Below are positions 25,946-38,816 of a DNA stretch of 64,000 nucleotides, piece by piece. The notes beneath the pieces were generated by a model. That model made no database searches. It saw only the letters and a program-made list of their open reading frames with translations, and was not told the DNA's origin. Source of the stretch: Lingula anatina. Its lineage: Eukaryota > Animalia > Brachiopoda. The stretch spans positions 6,448,001 through 6,512,000 of the forward strand of contig CM120645.1 in assembly GCA_051362555.1 (NCBI GenBank), in the 5' to 3' direction. A program made the translations under genes and the position numbers. Every line of letters begins with the position of its first letter. Position 1 is the first letter of the stretch.

Positions 25946-26342
25946 GAGCACATTCAAAACAGTGGACTAACAAATCCGGGGATCAAATATGGTGACCCGC
26001 TAAAAAGCTTGCTGCCTAATTCCTGATTAGACACTGAATAGATGCCCCGCAGGGATTGCGCCACAAGCATTCAAGTATTTGATCGGCGGATCTGTTAGGG
26101 TGCATTCCCAGAGATTTAGATCGATCCAGAGATGAAGATTTTGATCGACCTAACTCCCTGGGGGTTCACGCTAAATTACAGTCAGCCGAGCGCACGCCAT
26201 AGTTAATTACCCCCTTCTTTTAGTAGGGGGATAGACGCTTAAGCCGGCTAAGCTGACAGTAATCTAGTGAGACTCCCCACAGGGATAGATCGAACTAAAA
26301 TCTATGGGAATGGGGTCTTAGTCAGCTGTTCTGAATGCACTC
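25946..26342. mobile_element. Family A MITE interrupted by a family B MITE
   Basis: Same GAGCACATTC terminus and interior as 15248-15430; right arm split at TTA by the insertion 26098-26317. Confidence 0.8.
26098..26317. mobile_element. Tourist/PIF-Harbinger-like MITE (family B), nested copy
   Basis: GGGTGCATTCCCAGAGA...TCTATGGGAATGGGGTC; TTA TSD at 26095-26097 and 26318-26320. Confidence 0.8.
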
Positions 26343-27321
26343 TTAAAGGCAAAACATACCTTCTTCTCTTCCACTCTTGATATAACCAACCACTAAACTT
26401 AACAACAGGAATTGAATTTGTAGGGAACTTGTGAAAGAGAGTGAAGGCCCCTGTAGCATAAACTATATGGCAGAGCCGCTCAAAACATATCAGTTCATAG
26501 CATTATTGATATGTATGGGCTTAAGCTTATGACTAATATCCATGGACTGAATGAGTTTTAAGCAGTGAGTGGAGTGTTATGACATTTGTTAAGTGGTTGA
26601 TAGAGTTTGTTTGAGAGGAAAAAAGAATAATAACTGGTGATAAGCATATCAGCTGCATTATGCCGTATTGGGGAACCTGTCTTTGCATTAGGGACATGTG
26701 GTATTTTTAGTAAGAATGAAAAGAAATTGGTAATGCCTTTGTTTGGCCTGACCCAGCAATGTGTAACACTAAACAACTGCCTCTATATCATTCATATATA
26801 TGAAAGCACAATATCTCAGTAATATACCTATTTGAAAATGACTCTATGATTTTATTCTGCTATGAATGAATCATGTTATCACCCTTTTAAAAAAAATTTT
26901 GCCCATGTGAATAAAGTGTAGGTAAAGACTGAGGGTTGTTGACCTATGCTAGCTGTGATGCAACTTGTATGCTTTCATGATATTACACATAAAAAGCATC
27001 AAAGGAAGACCGTTTCTCCATGATTGATTGAAGATTGATTGCAATGCCTTGTACCAATTAAGTATTGCCAGCTATTTGTCTTTGTTCTGTGTACTTTTGT
27101 CTCATCTTCAAGGATTCAGAACTCAGAAAGTAGGAATATTGGGAAATTGTGCTATGGGGTTAATAATTTTTGTTATTGAATAGCAAGAACCTTGTCTGGA
27201 TGATACCCAGAAGTAAGAGCTGTCATGTTGTCAACCAGACAGGAAAAATGGCGTGAGAACCCCTTCGAGTGGTCACCCATAACAAGTAAGAAGAATTTTA
27301 TGCTGTCAAGTAAGGTAAATG

Positions 27322-27522
27322 CCAGGTTGTCACTAAAGTCAGGTTGTCAGCCACATAAAACCACTGTCAGGTTGTCACCAAAGAAATAATATTGTCAGGT
27401 TGTCAGCCACATAAAACCACTGTCAGGTTGTTATCAAAGAAAGACCAATGTCTGGTTGTCACCAAAGAAATAATACTGTCAGCTTGTCAGCCACATAAAA
27501 CCAATGTCAGGTTGTTAACAAA
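27322..27522. repeat. Alternating ~28/29-bp minisatellite (CAGGTTGTCAGCCACATAAAACCACTGT / CAGGTTGTCACCAAAGAAATAATATTGT)
   Basis: About 7 units. Confidence 0.85.
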
Positions 27523-27532
27523 GCAAGGGTAT

Positions 27533-27828
27533 GGGGGCCATTCAGAATAGGTGATCTGAGTACTAACTGATCTGCTGACTTAATATGGTCGAACACACTT
27601 CAAAAGCAATGCCGCTGATTCCCAATGGTCTCCTCCCCCCCCTCCTCACACACTATGAAACGGATTGAATCTTGGCTCCAAGGTTTAATTGCCAGGCCCC
27701 TTCAGCTACAGCGCATGTGGAGGCGGGAAGGCCATCATGGAATTAGCAGCATCGCTTTTGAAGTGGTGTCAGCCATATTTAGTCAGAAGATGAGTTAGTA
27801 CTCGGATCATCGATTCTGAATGGCCCCC
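27533..27828. mobile_element. MITE with about 90-bp imperfect TIR GGGGGCCATTCAGAAT (Harbinger-like)
   Basis: Long inverted arms are visible; TSD not clearly preserved. Confidence 0.75.
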
Positions 27829-28407
27829 ACTTGTCACTTATGTAGGAGAACCATTTGTCTGGAATGCAATTAGAGGTTTTGTAAGCACTGTTTTGACCCA
27901 CAAAGAGAACACGCAACATTGAATGTCAGACATAGGAGTGGTGTCCTCGAAATAAACCAATTTCTAGGAAATGTTTCATAAACCCTCCTTAAACTATTAT
28001 CAGCGATTGCTGAAGCATGTGTTAATTTTGTGAGGTTATGCAAGTGCAATAGCCACTCCATGACTCTTGAGTTCTGATTATATTAGAGACTGATTTATTT
28101 CTATGACAATAAGCTAAGTGATTGATGGCTCAATAATGTCATCACATTAAAATGGTATGTGTAGGAGCAATTGTAACCCGGGCTGCTTTAGGTCTAGACT
28201 GGTGTCAATGCATGAAAACATTGTGTAGGTCTATAAAAGTTGAACTTAAGCATTAAACCACCTGAGAAGCCATTTAATCAACCAGGTAAGTTGTGGGCTT
28301 CAATTATGTATTAAGGTACTAAATAATGAAAGTTTGCATGGTTGGAAAAAGGTTTTATGCAATGTTTTTATAAAAGTTATAATTTTAATGAAAAAACTAT
28401 GGAAAAT

Positions 28408-28573
28408 CAGGCCCGTAGCCAGGGGGGTTCGGGGGGTTCGAAAGAACCGCCCCTTTTGCTGGGAAAGGTCCACTCTGGGTAAAATTTGATCTAGGTACAT
28501 GAAGTTTTTATGGGAAAAGGTCCACTTTTTCAGAAAAAGAACCTCCCTTTTGAAATTGCTGGCTACGGGCCTG
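28408..28573. mobile_element. MITE with 15-bp TIR CAGGCCCGTAGCCAG and AAAAT 5-bp TSD
   Basis: Perfect TIR; a decayed relative ends at about 34970 (TTTGAAATTGCTCGCTACAGACCTG). Confidence 0.85.
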
Positions 28574-28863
28574 AAAATACTTTGAATACTTCAAACTTTG
28601 TAGCTGGGTTGTAGGGGAAAATACTCTCAATTTGAGGTTCGTCTATGGGACAGAGATTGTGATGGATAGAATGGTCTGTCAACTACGATATCCATAATGT
28701 GTTTAGTTAGTTGATCATAACAAGTGACCAATGGTAAATGATACATTGTAGTTGGGAGAACACTTTAGAATAAGATATCTTTGTTCTGTCTTCCACTTAT
28801 TACTAGTTATATTTGGTAGTATCTTTTACTTATCTGTTGTTTCCACATAAATGGGTTCCTCTT

Positions 28864-28899
<36 letters not shown>

Positions 28900-31734
28900 G
28901 AGATCACTCACTCCTTTTTAGTTTCATTCTGTTTTTTTTTTTTTTTTCATATTTTTTACTCCATCTCTTTCTTTACTATTGAAAACCTTAAGTTTCTTTT
29001 ATGAAACTGGAAATGCAGACAGTACCAGGTTTGTGTTTAAAAGATCATAAAAATATGTTTTAAATATTTGGAAATTAAAGGTGCAGGTTATGATAAAATT
29101 TATATCAGCACCTTTTATTTTTAGTGCTACAGCTTATTGAGACATGTAATCATGAAATAGAACAGTATTTTAGCTCTTATTAATCCAGGGAACATAAGAA
29201 TCAGGATTTCAGACAATAAATAGTTCCTTCTTGCAGATGTTGAGCAGTAATTAAAAAAGGATATTGCAGACTTTTGCTCATTACACTATGTGAATGGGTA
29301 ATGCCAATTTGAGCACAACAAATTATGCAAATTATTGTACTGTGATAGATTATGGGAAAGCTGCAGATGTTATAAAAAGATAGAGCTGGAACAAAGGATT
29401 GAAGGGCCAGCTGTTTGAACGAGTGTGAATTTATCCCTTCTAAAATACTCATATTGCATGGCATCGTTCTATTAGGCAGTTAAGAAGATGGGATTAAGAT
29501 AATTGCTAAGCAATATCAGAATTGCATGGAAAAAACTATAAAAACTAAACTTGAGAATTATTGCAGGAGTCAATAAATGTTTTCAGGAAAGATCTAGGGA
29601 AACTCGGGAGACATAAAATTAGGATTTTCTAATTGAATATATAAATCAATTATGACTTAATATTTGTCTTGTTTCAAACATAAGGTCAAGGAGAGTTAGA
29701 ATTGTGATAGGAAGTTCACCTTGTGGTCACTTGGGGGTGTGGAATGTGGCTGAAACCATCAACAGTACCATGGCGTCTAACCAGAAATTAATTTGCTTCA
29801 AAAGGGAAAGAATTCTCAGGTGTAAGGTATTCGGTTGTGGAATTAGATCTGAAACTTATGGTAAGGTGGCAATGTTAAGAACATTTTGATCAACATTGTG
29901 TCCATAATATTAATTGATAAAGTAATAATTAATAACTGAAACTAGCAATCTGCAATACAGTTTGTGTAGATTTTACGTTTTTTTTTTTTTTTCGTTATCC
30001 TCATTTCCAGGAGTAATTAAGTCATTTAAAACAAAATATTTGTTTTTCAAAGAAATATATATGAGTACACAATTCATAATACTTAATTCCTTTTCAATTA
30101 CCATTGCCCATTAACATGCAACCTTGAAAGTTAATGAACCCCACATTATAAGGTACCCAATGAATTGACATTATCAAATATTGTTATGGGAATATGTTGT
30201 TCGAACCACAGCTTAATGCGATAATGTCAGGTCTTAGTGATCAAATAGACTTGCAGATCAGAAAATGATCCATTTACATACAATATATATGATATTTCAT
30301 AGCCTAAAGGTACAATAATGTCTTTTGGTAAGTGGAAACTAAAATTCCACCTCCACTTAAACAATAATAGAGTGCATGTGACAACCTAAAATTATACTTT
30401 TTTTTTTTTTTTCATTTCTTGCTCATGAAAAAAAATTGTTGTTGTCAGTCTATTGTGACTGGCTTTGTCGAGTGGCCTTGTTTTCAACCTATTAGCTTTC
30501 ACGTGTCATTGCAAATACTAATTGGTCTTCTTATTATCCACCTGGATAAGACATAGGTTTGTCTGTGTGTCTGTCTGCCAGTTAGCTAGATGCATAAAAT
30601 TCAAACGCATCTTGATAGGAGGTAAAGCCTTGGATAGTTACCATCTTAAAATCCACTTGGTTACAAAACCATTTTTTTTTTAAGCCTCGGCGGTATTCTC
30701 GTTCTGTGCTTTAGAAATTCCCTCACAATGACTGCAAAATCTCAGAGCTAATTGTTTTTACAATGATGGTGAACTTCCTATAGGACACATCCCTGGTGAA
30801 ATCAGTCACGTAAAACTTATCCCTTGAAGAGCAAAGTGCCCTTTTCTGGTTCTAATATCATGCATTCAAATGATTCAATAATGTTACATAGTTCATATGT
30901 ACCAACAATTATAGATTTCCCAAGCTTCCCTTGCTTCAAAGGTATGAGCTTTGTATCTTAATTTTGTGTGACAAGTACTGAAAAAAAAATTGAAAGAAAA
31001 ATTGAAAGATATTTATCATCGTAAGAATGTGATAGGAGATTGTTTCCAAGAAATAACTTGTAATCAGAGATCATTTGATACCAGGTGGTCTAAAGAAACT
31101 ACTGAAGCATTTTAAAGGTGTCTAGAACACATTATCTAAGTAGAACTTTCAAGTTTTAAGCAAACACTTTCCAACAAGAGGTTAGCCCAGACAATACCAT
31201 CTTTCACAAATCTAAATTACTGAAGCCTAATTATAAATGGGTTTTGACTATTTGATCTAAATGTCTGACACTGTTTTTATGGCGTATGTAAGATTTAAAT
31301 ATTTCGAGTCAAATCACACCTGTCCATCTTTTGTATTGTGTGCTGGAAATAATGCAGTCTTAGCATTGTCACAACTAACACAATTATGACTTCAACAGTT
31401 GAAGCAGCGTTCACGAGAGCTCTCACTGAATGCAGTCAGATTTAACAGTTCAACACACCTGGCATTGAGTAGAATGCAGAAAAGCTGGTGATTATGCGAG
31501 AACATTGGAAACAAGAGGAGGCGTGTTAGTCTTTTAACCCTCAATCACCTTTCAGGGGCCTCGCAGGCCCGGACCCATGTATCTTTTGCTCTCTCTTCGT
31601 ATGCATGAGGTTTTGAGCCTGTTCCTTTCATATAATCCTCAAGCAACTTATACCCCATCAATGGATAAATAATTAGTTTTGAAATAATTTACAACATATG
31701 TAGAAATTAACTTTTCCAAAAGTTAGTCCCATTT

Positions 31735-33685
31735 CCTGGAAACCGGGCCTCTTAGGCCCGGTCGCTTGATAATTTTACTTCCACATGGGATAAATAAGTC
31801 CATGTTACCTCAAATAGCTTTGCTATAAAATGTTTTATACAAGCAATATCATGTGTGCTATGACTATCAGTATGGTCAATGAAATCTGCCTGTGAAAGAT
31901 TCAAGACCTGGAGAAATTATTATTTATGAGTAATCGGTCACCTTGGACACCTGATATGCAGATATCAGTTTAAATCTATCATTATTACATACCTGATAGA
32001 CTGCGCTACCTTTGCGAAACTTTCCATTTTGAGAAAAAAAAAAAAAAAAAAAAAAAAAAAACGTTTTTCTGCATTTTCCATACACAGTGTATACTCGTGC
32101 ACCCAGGTGGAGGTAAAGGGAGCAAGGGACTGGTGTAACATGAAAATCTGACTCCCCCAGTCAGATTTTCATAATGAAAATCTGACTCCTCATGAAAATT
32201 TGACTCCCCCACCACAAATGTTCATAAATCTTATTTTATTTGAGTATATGACTGTGATATTGTAGTATGTAAAATGGAGGATACTTTGGCACTTTTTTTT
32301 TAAGTTTGCAGGTGAATATTTTCATGAAAAAAATATGAAAATTAAAAATGTGCACTTAACTGCCCATTGTCTCCCCTTTGAAAAATCTATTTATTTGATA
32401 TTGGATGATCATTTCTACATCTTTCCTTTAAATTTACTTTATGAAGATTATATTGGAAATATTTGAAAGTTTGATGGTAAACTATTGGGTGAAAAAACTA
32501 AAAAAAAAAACATGAAAAATAGAAAATTAAAAATGTGCATTTTATCACCCAATAATTCCCCTATGAAAAAGCTATTTATTTGATATTTGATGATTATTCT
32601 GACATCTTTTCTATTAGGATACTTTATGAAAAATATATTGGAAATATTTAAAAGTTTGATGATAAAATAGTGAATGAAAGAATGAAAAATAAATCATGAA
32701 AATCTTCATTTTTATACCCATGAGATTTGGATTCCCATAAAGAAAAGGACCTATTTTATATTCAGTCACCATACCATTGTTTTCTACATAGTTTGCACAG
32801 AGATGTACATTTTGTTATTATTTGAAAGTTTGGTGGTGAAAATTTTGGTGAATATTTTTAAAACAAGTATTCATCTTACTACCTGTAGGTTTTGCAGTTC
32901 CATGTCAAAATGCTACATTTTTAACTCAAGAAATTGGCCCCATCACCTTTTTACTGAATTCTTCTTATATAGCATACCCAGTATTTTACCATTCAAACTT
33001 TCAAATATTTCCAATATATTCTTCATTAAGTATCCTTAAAGAAAAGATGTCAGAATGATCATCAAATATCAAATAGATAGCCTTTTCATAGGGGAGTCAT
33101 TGGGTGTTAGAATACAAATCTTTAATTTTTCTTATTTTTCATGTGTTTTTTTATTATTTTTTTCACCCAATTTTTTAACCATCAAACTTTCAAGTACTTT
33201 CAATATATTCCTCATAACGTATCCTCAAAGAAAAGATGTCAGAATGATCATCAAATATCAAATAAATAGCTTTTTCGTAGGGGGGTCATTGGGTGTTAGA
33301 ATATAAATCTTTAATTTTTCTTATTTTTTAATGTGTTTTTTATTTTTTTTTTTCACCCAATTTTTTAACCATTAAACTTTCAAGTACTTTCAATATATTC
33401 CTCATAAAGTATCCTCAAAGAAAAGATGTTGAAATGGTCATAAAATGTCAAATAAATAGCTTTTTCATAGGGGGGTCCTTGGGTGGTAAAATACAAATCT
33501 TTAATTTTTTTTTTATTTTTTCATGAAAATCTTCACCTGCAAACTAACAAAAAGTGCCAATGTGTCCTCCATTATGCATACTACAAGATCATAGTCATTT
33601 ACTCAAATTAAATTAGATTTTTGAATGTTTTTTGATGGGAGTCAGATTTTCATGGTACACCGGGCCTCTGAGGCCCGGTTTCAGG
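31735..33685. mobile_element. Foldback-type element with hairpin-bearing termini and long modular inverted arms
   Basis: Termini CCTG(G)AAACCGGGCCTCxxAGGCCCGGT in inverted orientation; inner TIR GGTGTA(A/C)CATGAAAATCTGACTCCC at 32130 and 33637-33663; arms at about 32190-32850 and 32980-33660 built of ~185-bp repeats in opposite orientation; solo TIR fragment at about 9718-9750. Confidence 0.7.
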
Positions 33686-36600
33686 GTTTACGTAGGGTTC
33701 CATTTCCTTGTGGATGAGGGTTAATCTGATTACATTCACCGAGAGTCCTGTGGAGTTGGTGCGCATTAACTATAGGTTTGCAAAACTCATTTTAAATGGT
33801 CGTTAAGTGACTGACGGTCATTGCTCTGTAGCATGTCAGTAACATAAATAGAAATTACGTATGATTTGCGTCACAGCAAGAAATTACTTATAGGATATAT
33901 TGTAGAGTTTCTTTCCTCTTTTCCTGGGTAGTTTTTACCTGAGGAAAGCAGTAAAATGTAAAATAGCAGTCTCTGCTTAAAATTCTACTTTTTGGTTTGT
34001 TCCTGTTCTGTGTTTTTTCAACAGATAGCAGAATGTAGGAAAATACAGAGGGTGCCGAAAAAGTAAGTTTTATTTTAATTAATTAATTAATATATTTATT
34101 TTATTTATTTATGTATTTACGCAACAAAAGTTAAGTTCACACAAAAGTAAAGAAAGTCACATTGTCCCAAGGGCCACATTATGTTCTCTCCAGGGTACTT
34201 TATCTTCCTAAACTGTGATATATAAGATGATGCACTGAGAAAACAAAGTAGTGCTTCACTTCAGGGTTTCACAGCTTATGGCTTGTCATAATCACCAGTA
34301 TTGTTATTAGAAACATGAAGGTCTATTTGTAGGTGTGTAGATATATCAATGTTAGATAGGCTACAGATTGGAGGCAGGCTGTGTTTCAAGCATCTGCATG
34401 CCCTACTGGTACTCTTCACAGTGAGTGATGAATGGGGATTTTTTAAAGTCACACTTGGATTGGTTTTCAATGACATTTGGAAGAGGAAGATTAATTACAA
34501 TCCATACCTCTCCCTCCTGTTTGTATTTCTATGTAATCTTACCTGATTGTGTTAAACAGTCAGATCATCCAGGCATGATAGGGAGATTGCAATTCAGCTT
34601 CCACTTCCAGAGGTAAGGGCTTTACTCAGCTACATGTAAGTCCAGTTTTGTTTATGAACTATATCTCAAGGGGATAGGTTAGGAGATAACTGGAAATAAT
34701 TTTTTATTGGATACATCTTCATTTTTTTAAATTACTGTGCCAATGATTGGTATAATTAGTGATGAAATATCCGTCAGAAATTTAAATTTGTTATGGCTCC
34801 TGCACAGACAGGGTGGGGTGGGGGGGTGCATGGAGGTTCAGGGGGTGAAGTAGCCACTACCTTGGACAAGAAAAGCTCTGTTCTTTATGTAAATTTGCTG
34901 TAGATTCTAGGATAGGTATCTTGATAGAAGAGCTCATATGCTCCCCTTTGAAATTGCTCGCTACAGACCTGTTATATGTGCCGATCAGTAATAATACGTA
35001 TAGGGGCATACATGTGAGAGTGATTATTCTTTGAATCATTATTTCCATTTCAGTGTAAATTATTTCACTTTAACTGTCAAAATTGACAGGAAAATTTATA
35101 TCATGGGTGATTATTTCAATTATTCTTGCACAATACTGGTAACTGATGCAGGTGTCAGAAGTTTTCTTTCAATATGGTTAGAAAGATATACTAGTTTATG
35201 AATGTTTTTATGGTACTATTACTATTAGTCAAAAAAGTCTGCTTCTGGGCTAGATTTTCAAAGAGTCATCCAAGAGAAAAAGAGATAAAAGGTTTGAAAA
35301 TTTTGTATGGAAGTTTGTTAACATGTAGGCCAGAACAGCTTCAAACAGATAAACACATTTTTAACAATGACTCAGAATAGACCAAATCAGAAACTGTTCT
35401 AATTTTACCCGTGTGAACATAGTTTCTAATGCACAGGACATGAAAATTTTATCACAGTTATTAAGTGAACAAGAGGAGAAAGTGAATTAGTCTAATTATT
35501 TTGCCTTTGAGCAGTCTGTCCCACATAAATTGCAGCACTTACTTGGACTAGAAATATGAGGGGTGAGGTAAGTACAGATCAGATTTTAACTTGTGTTTCT
35601 ACCTAGAGCAAAAGTTGATGGACTTTATAATGAAAGGCTTCTGTTGCAGCACTATTAAATGTTTATAACAGTTAGATGAACAGGTTGTTTATGCATCATT
35701 TCATCACAGAACATTGATTCACAACATTGATTATTTGTAAAACAACAGCTTGTCTGACGGTTAAAGAGCCATGATTGAGTTTAAGAATGAAAATGAAATT
35801 ATTTATATCTCAGAAGCGACATTAAAATCATTGTTTTATTTCATTAGCTTATTTTATCATTTTTTTTATTAATTTTATAATTAAATTTTGCTTACTGTGA
35901 ATTGCCAAAGCGAAATGAAAGTAAGTAATTGATTTGACTACCACTGTATCAGACATTAAAAGGTGTGCCTATGGCTTGTGGCCAGGATAGAATAGTGGAT
36001 GCTACAGTCACTTCGATATTAAAAAACAGTTTTCTTTAGGTGTTAACTGAGAAGTTGACTTCCGTGACATAAGTACTGAAGTGAGAGCGTTAACTATTTG
36101 ATACCATGTTAATAACGTAGTGTGAGACCCTAGATACTAACTGACCTTTTATTTTTTATTTCATGTATGCATGTAGATAGTTATATCTTTTGTGGTCAAT
36201 TTCTAAGAGATAGTTCCTGTAGGCAGTTATGTGGGTGGATGTATGCTACAATAACTGTTTCTTTTACATTGATATTAACTCTGATATTATTTGAATTTTT
36301 TATACCTGTTTATTTGATTGTTACTACTAGGTATATCCTAAGTTGGATTTATTGGCTTGATACAACTTGATTGCGTTGTATTTCAGGCCCTAGATATGTG
36401 ATAATGACCAAGGTCTGAAAAACAACTTGAGAGTCTGAGTGAAGAATCAATACTTGTTTTATTATTTGATTGTTTGTTGAATGGTTTGTTTTGAACCAAA
36501 GGCAAAACAACAATAAGGAATACAAGGGATTCATTGCCCCTTTTCAGAGCAGCTGCATGATAAAATTGATAGTCAAATGGCCTGTTTTTCACCAAGGAAA

Positions 36601-36733
36601 AAACTGAAAAAAATTATTAGTGAATTCAAGGCCTTTTTTTCAGAAAAATTTGCCTAGTTTGGCCATTTGGCCTAGTTATGTTATGTTGTCACTTCTGAAC
36701 AGTCGACTTCTGTCTCACAAAAAGTCCCCTCCC

Positions 36734-36764
<31 letters not shown>

Positions 36765-38816
36765 ACAGATTTTCTCAAACTGTAATTGATATGAAAGGCA
36801 TTACACAAGCATCCCATACTTCATCTGGAAAACACTTGTTTAATGGATAATTCAGAGATTTTGTTGACTTGTCTTTCCTCAGTTTAAAAAAAAGTAATTT
36901 ACAATAACTATTTGATCAAAGGTATCTGGTACTTTACAAGGTACATGTGTACCAATTAAGACTGATGTGTTCAGTTATTATTTTAAGATGAGTGAAAGTA
37001 ATGGTATTGAAAAGTAACAATATTTTATCTGTTATTTTGTTGAAATTTCTACAAATTCTGAAACCCAACTGCATAGTACCCCTTGTTACTCATGTATTAA
37101 AATACTGGATATGTTTTATTTAGATTGTCTCAAGAAAATATATTTCTAAATAATGATTTGGTGTCATGTAAGGATGTGGATTGATACTGTTGTTGCAATT
37201 ATATATATCGGATGAAACACGCATCATACAAAAATAGGATTTTAACTTCTGGTACCTTGGCTCAAGATAAAGCTGATAGTTAGGAGGAGATTCTGAATGG
37301 ATTATATTAAGGTTTTTCCAAGTAACAGAAATGATATGCAGATTATTCTACTTGATCCAGATCAGTAGTATTTCATTTTGATGAATATCTGGATTTTTTG
37401 CAGATGTATTTTTTAGTTTGGTTAATAAGATTTTACTGCAGGAGACTTAATTAAGTCTGTGCATTGCTCTCTGGCAGGAGGTTAAGCCACTTATTAGTTT
37501 TAAGCTAGAATTTAAGCCTTGAGCCAGAACTTAAAATCCCTAACTTTTTTTCTTTGATTTAGAGCCAGAAGTTAGAATTGCTGACTTTTTTCTACTTAAA
37601 ATAATTTTTTCTGGCTTTTATGTATCTTAATTTAGTTATTTGGCTATAGAAATTTTGTTAAATCACTATTAATGCATGTTAAAATTATTGTCAGTGATGT
37701 TACATTGTCATATCATGTTTGTTACACTCAGTTCATATGCAGATAAGAGATTATAAAGTAAGCTCTTGATAAGCTGAGTCTTTGGTCTTGCATAGTTTCT
37801 ACCTAGAACTTTCATTGACCTTTTTAGTCTGTTGTGAATATATCACATTTGGTTTCCAGTATGACCTTTTAATGAAGTTCTGTCATGAATCTTAATAGTT
37901 TTAAGTTAATGATTGTTATCAGGATCATGTATCCAAAAAGTTTTTTTTTAAAGATATTCATATTTAATACCATTTATTCACATTTTTTTAATAACTGAAA
38001 AGCACATTAGACAGCAAACTATTGAAGAGAATCCCAATCTCCCTTTTGTTTGATAGAAAGTTGTGAGATTTTTATTTTGTGTGGCCCATTTCCACATTGT
38101 TTTAATACTAATGAATGCTCTGTTGACCTGTTAAACTTTGAAATCAAAAATGTCACCCAGAATATCTTTCTCAGAAAAATGTAATCCATAAATAAAGTGC
38201 ATTCATATTTTATCATTTGTACCTGGTAACATGCATTTTGCGATTAGTTAATATCAAGCTATGTATTCCCATCTTAAATGACAGTTTGATGGGCAAGTAT
38301 GAATAATTATAGCTTGGTTCCTAGAAATTTGACAAAATAAAGTAAATGCCAAAGATGCGTGCTTCTGATGAGGCAAACAAATAAAGACAATTTTAGCTCA
38401 CACAATGAATAATTCATTTTATTGCCAGTATTGTGCGTGTTGAGAAGTTTGATCTTTGTCATTTTGTCTCTATATATACATGAATCTTATCTTGTTTTTG
38501 CACTTTTTCAGGTTTCCATTTGTACCATTGTGCAGTCAACTCGGAACATGGTGCCGTTTGATACAGTAGACTACGTAATCAGCCTTGGGCTTGTGAGGCA
38601 TTGGCAATGAGTTTTTAGCAGACGACAGTTTTTCATTTAACTGTGAGGTCAACTTTGACAAGAACGCAGATTAAATTGTTATGAGATATGCTTCTGAAAA
38701 TCAGAACACCAAGTATATGGCCAAGGAAGGAACAAGTTATTTGAAATTTTTAAGCATTGCAACAGCTCTTTGAAGATGTGTTGAGAGCACTGCGCTTCAA
38801 TCTCTGTGCTAGAGCT

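Noticed and set aside
10891-38216. Numerous 60-100 aa ORFs in the large intron
   Set aside because: Low-complexity AT-rich translations, many with non-ATG starts and no recognisable motifs or consistent exon chains. A small hidden exon cannot be fully excluded.
38757-38816. N-terminal extension of the GPCR in the ORF track (617 aa)
   Set aside because: It starts at TTG; the first ATG is at 38817. Non-AUG initiation cannot be supported from sequence alone.
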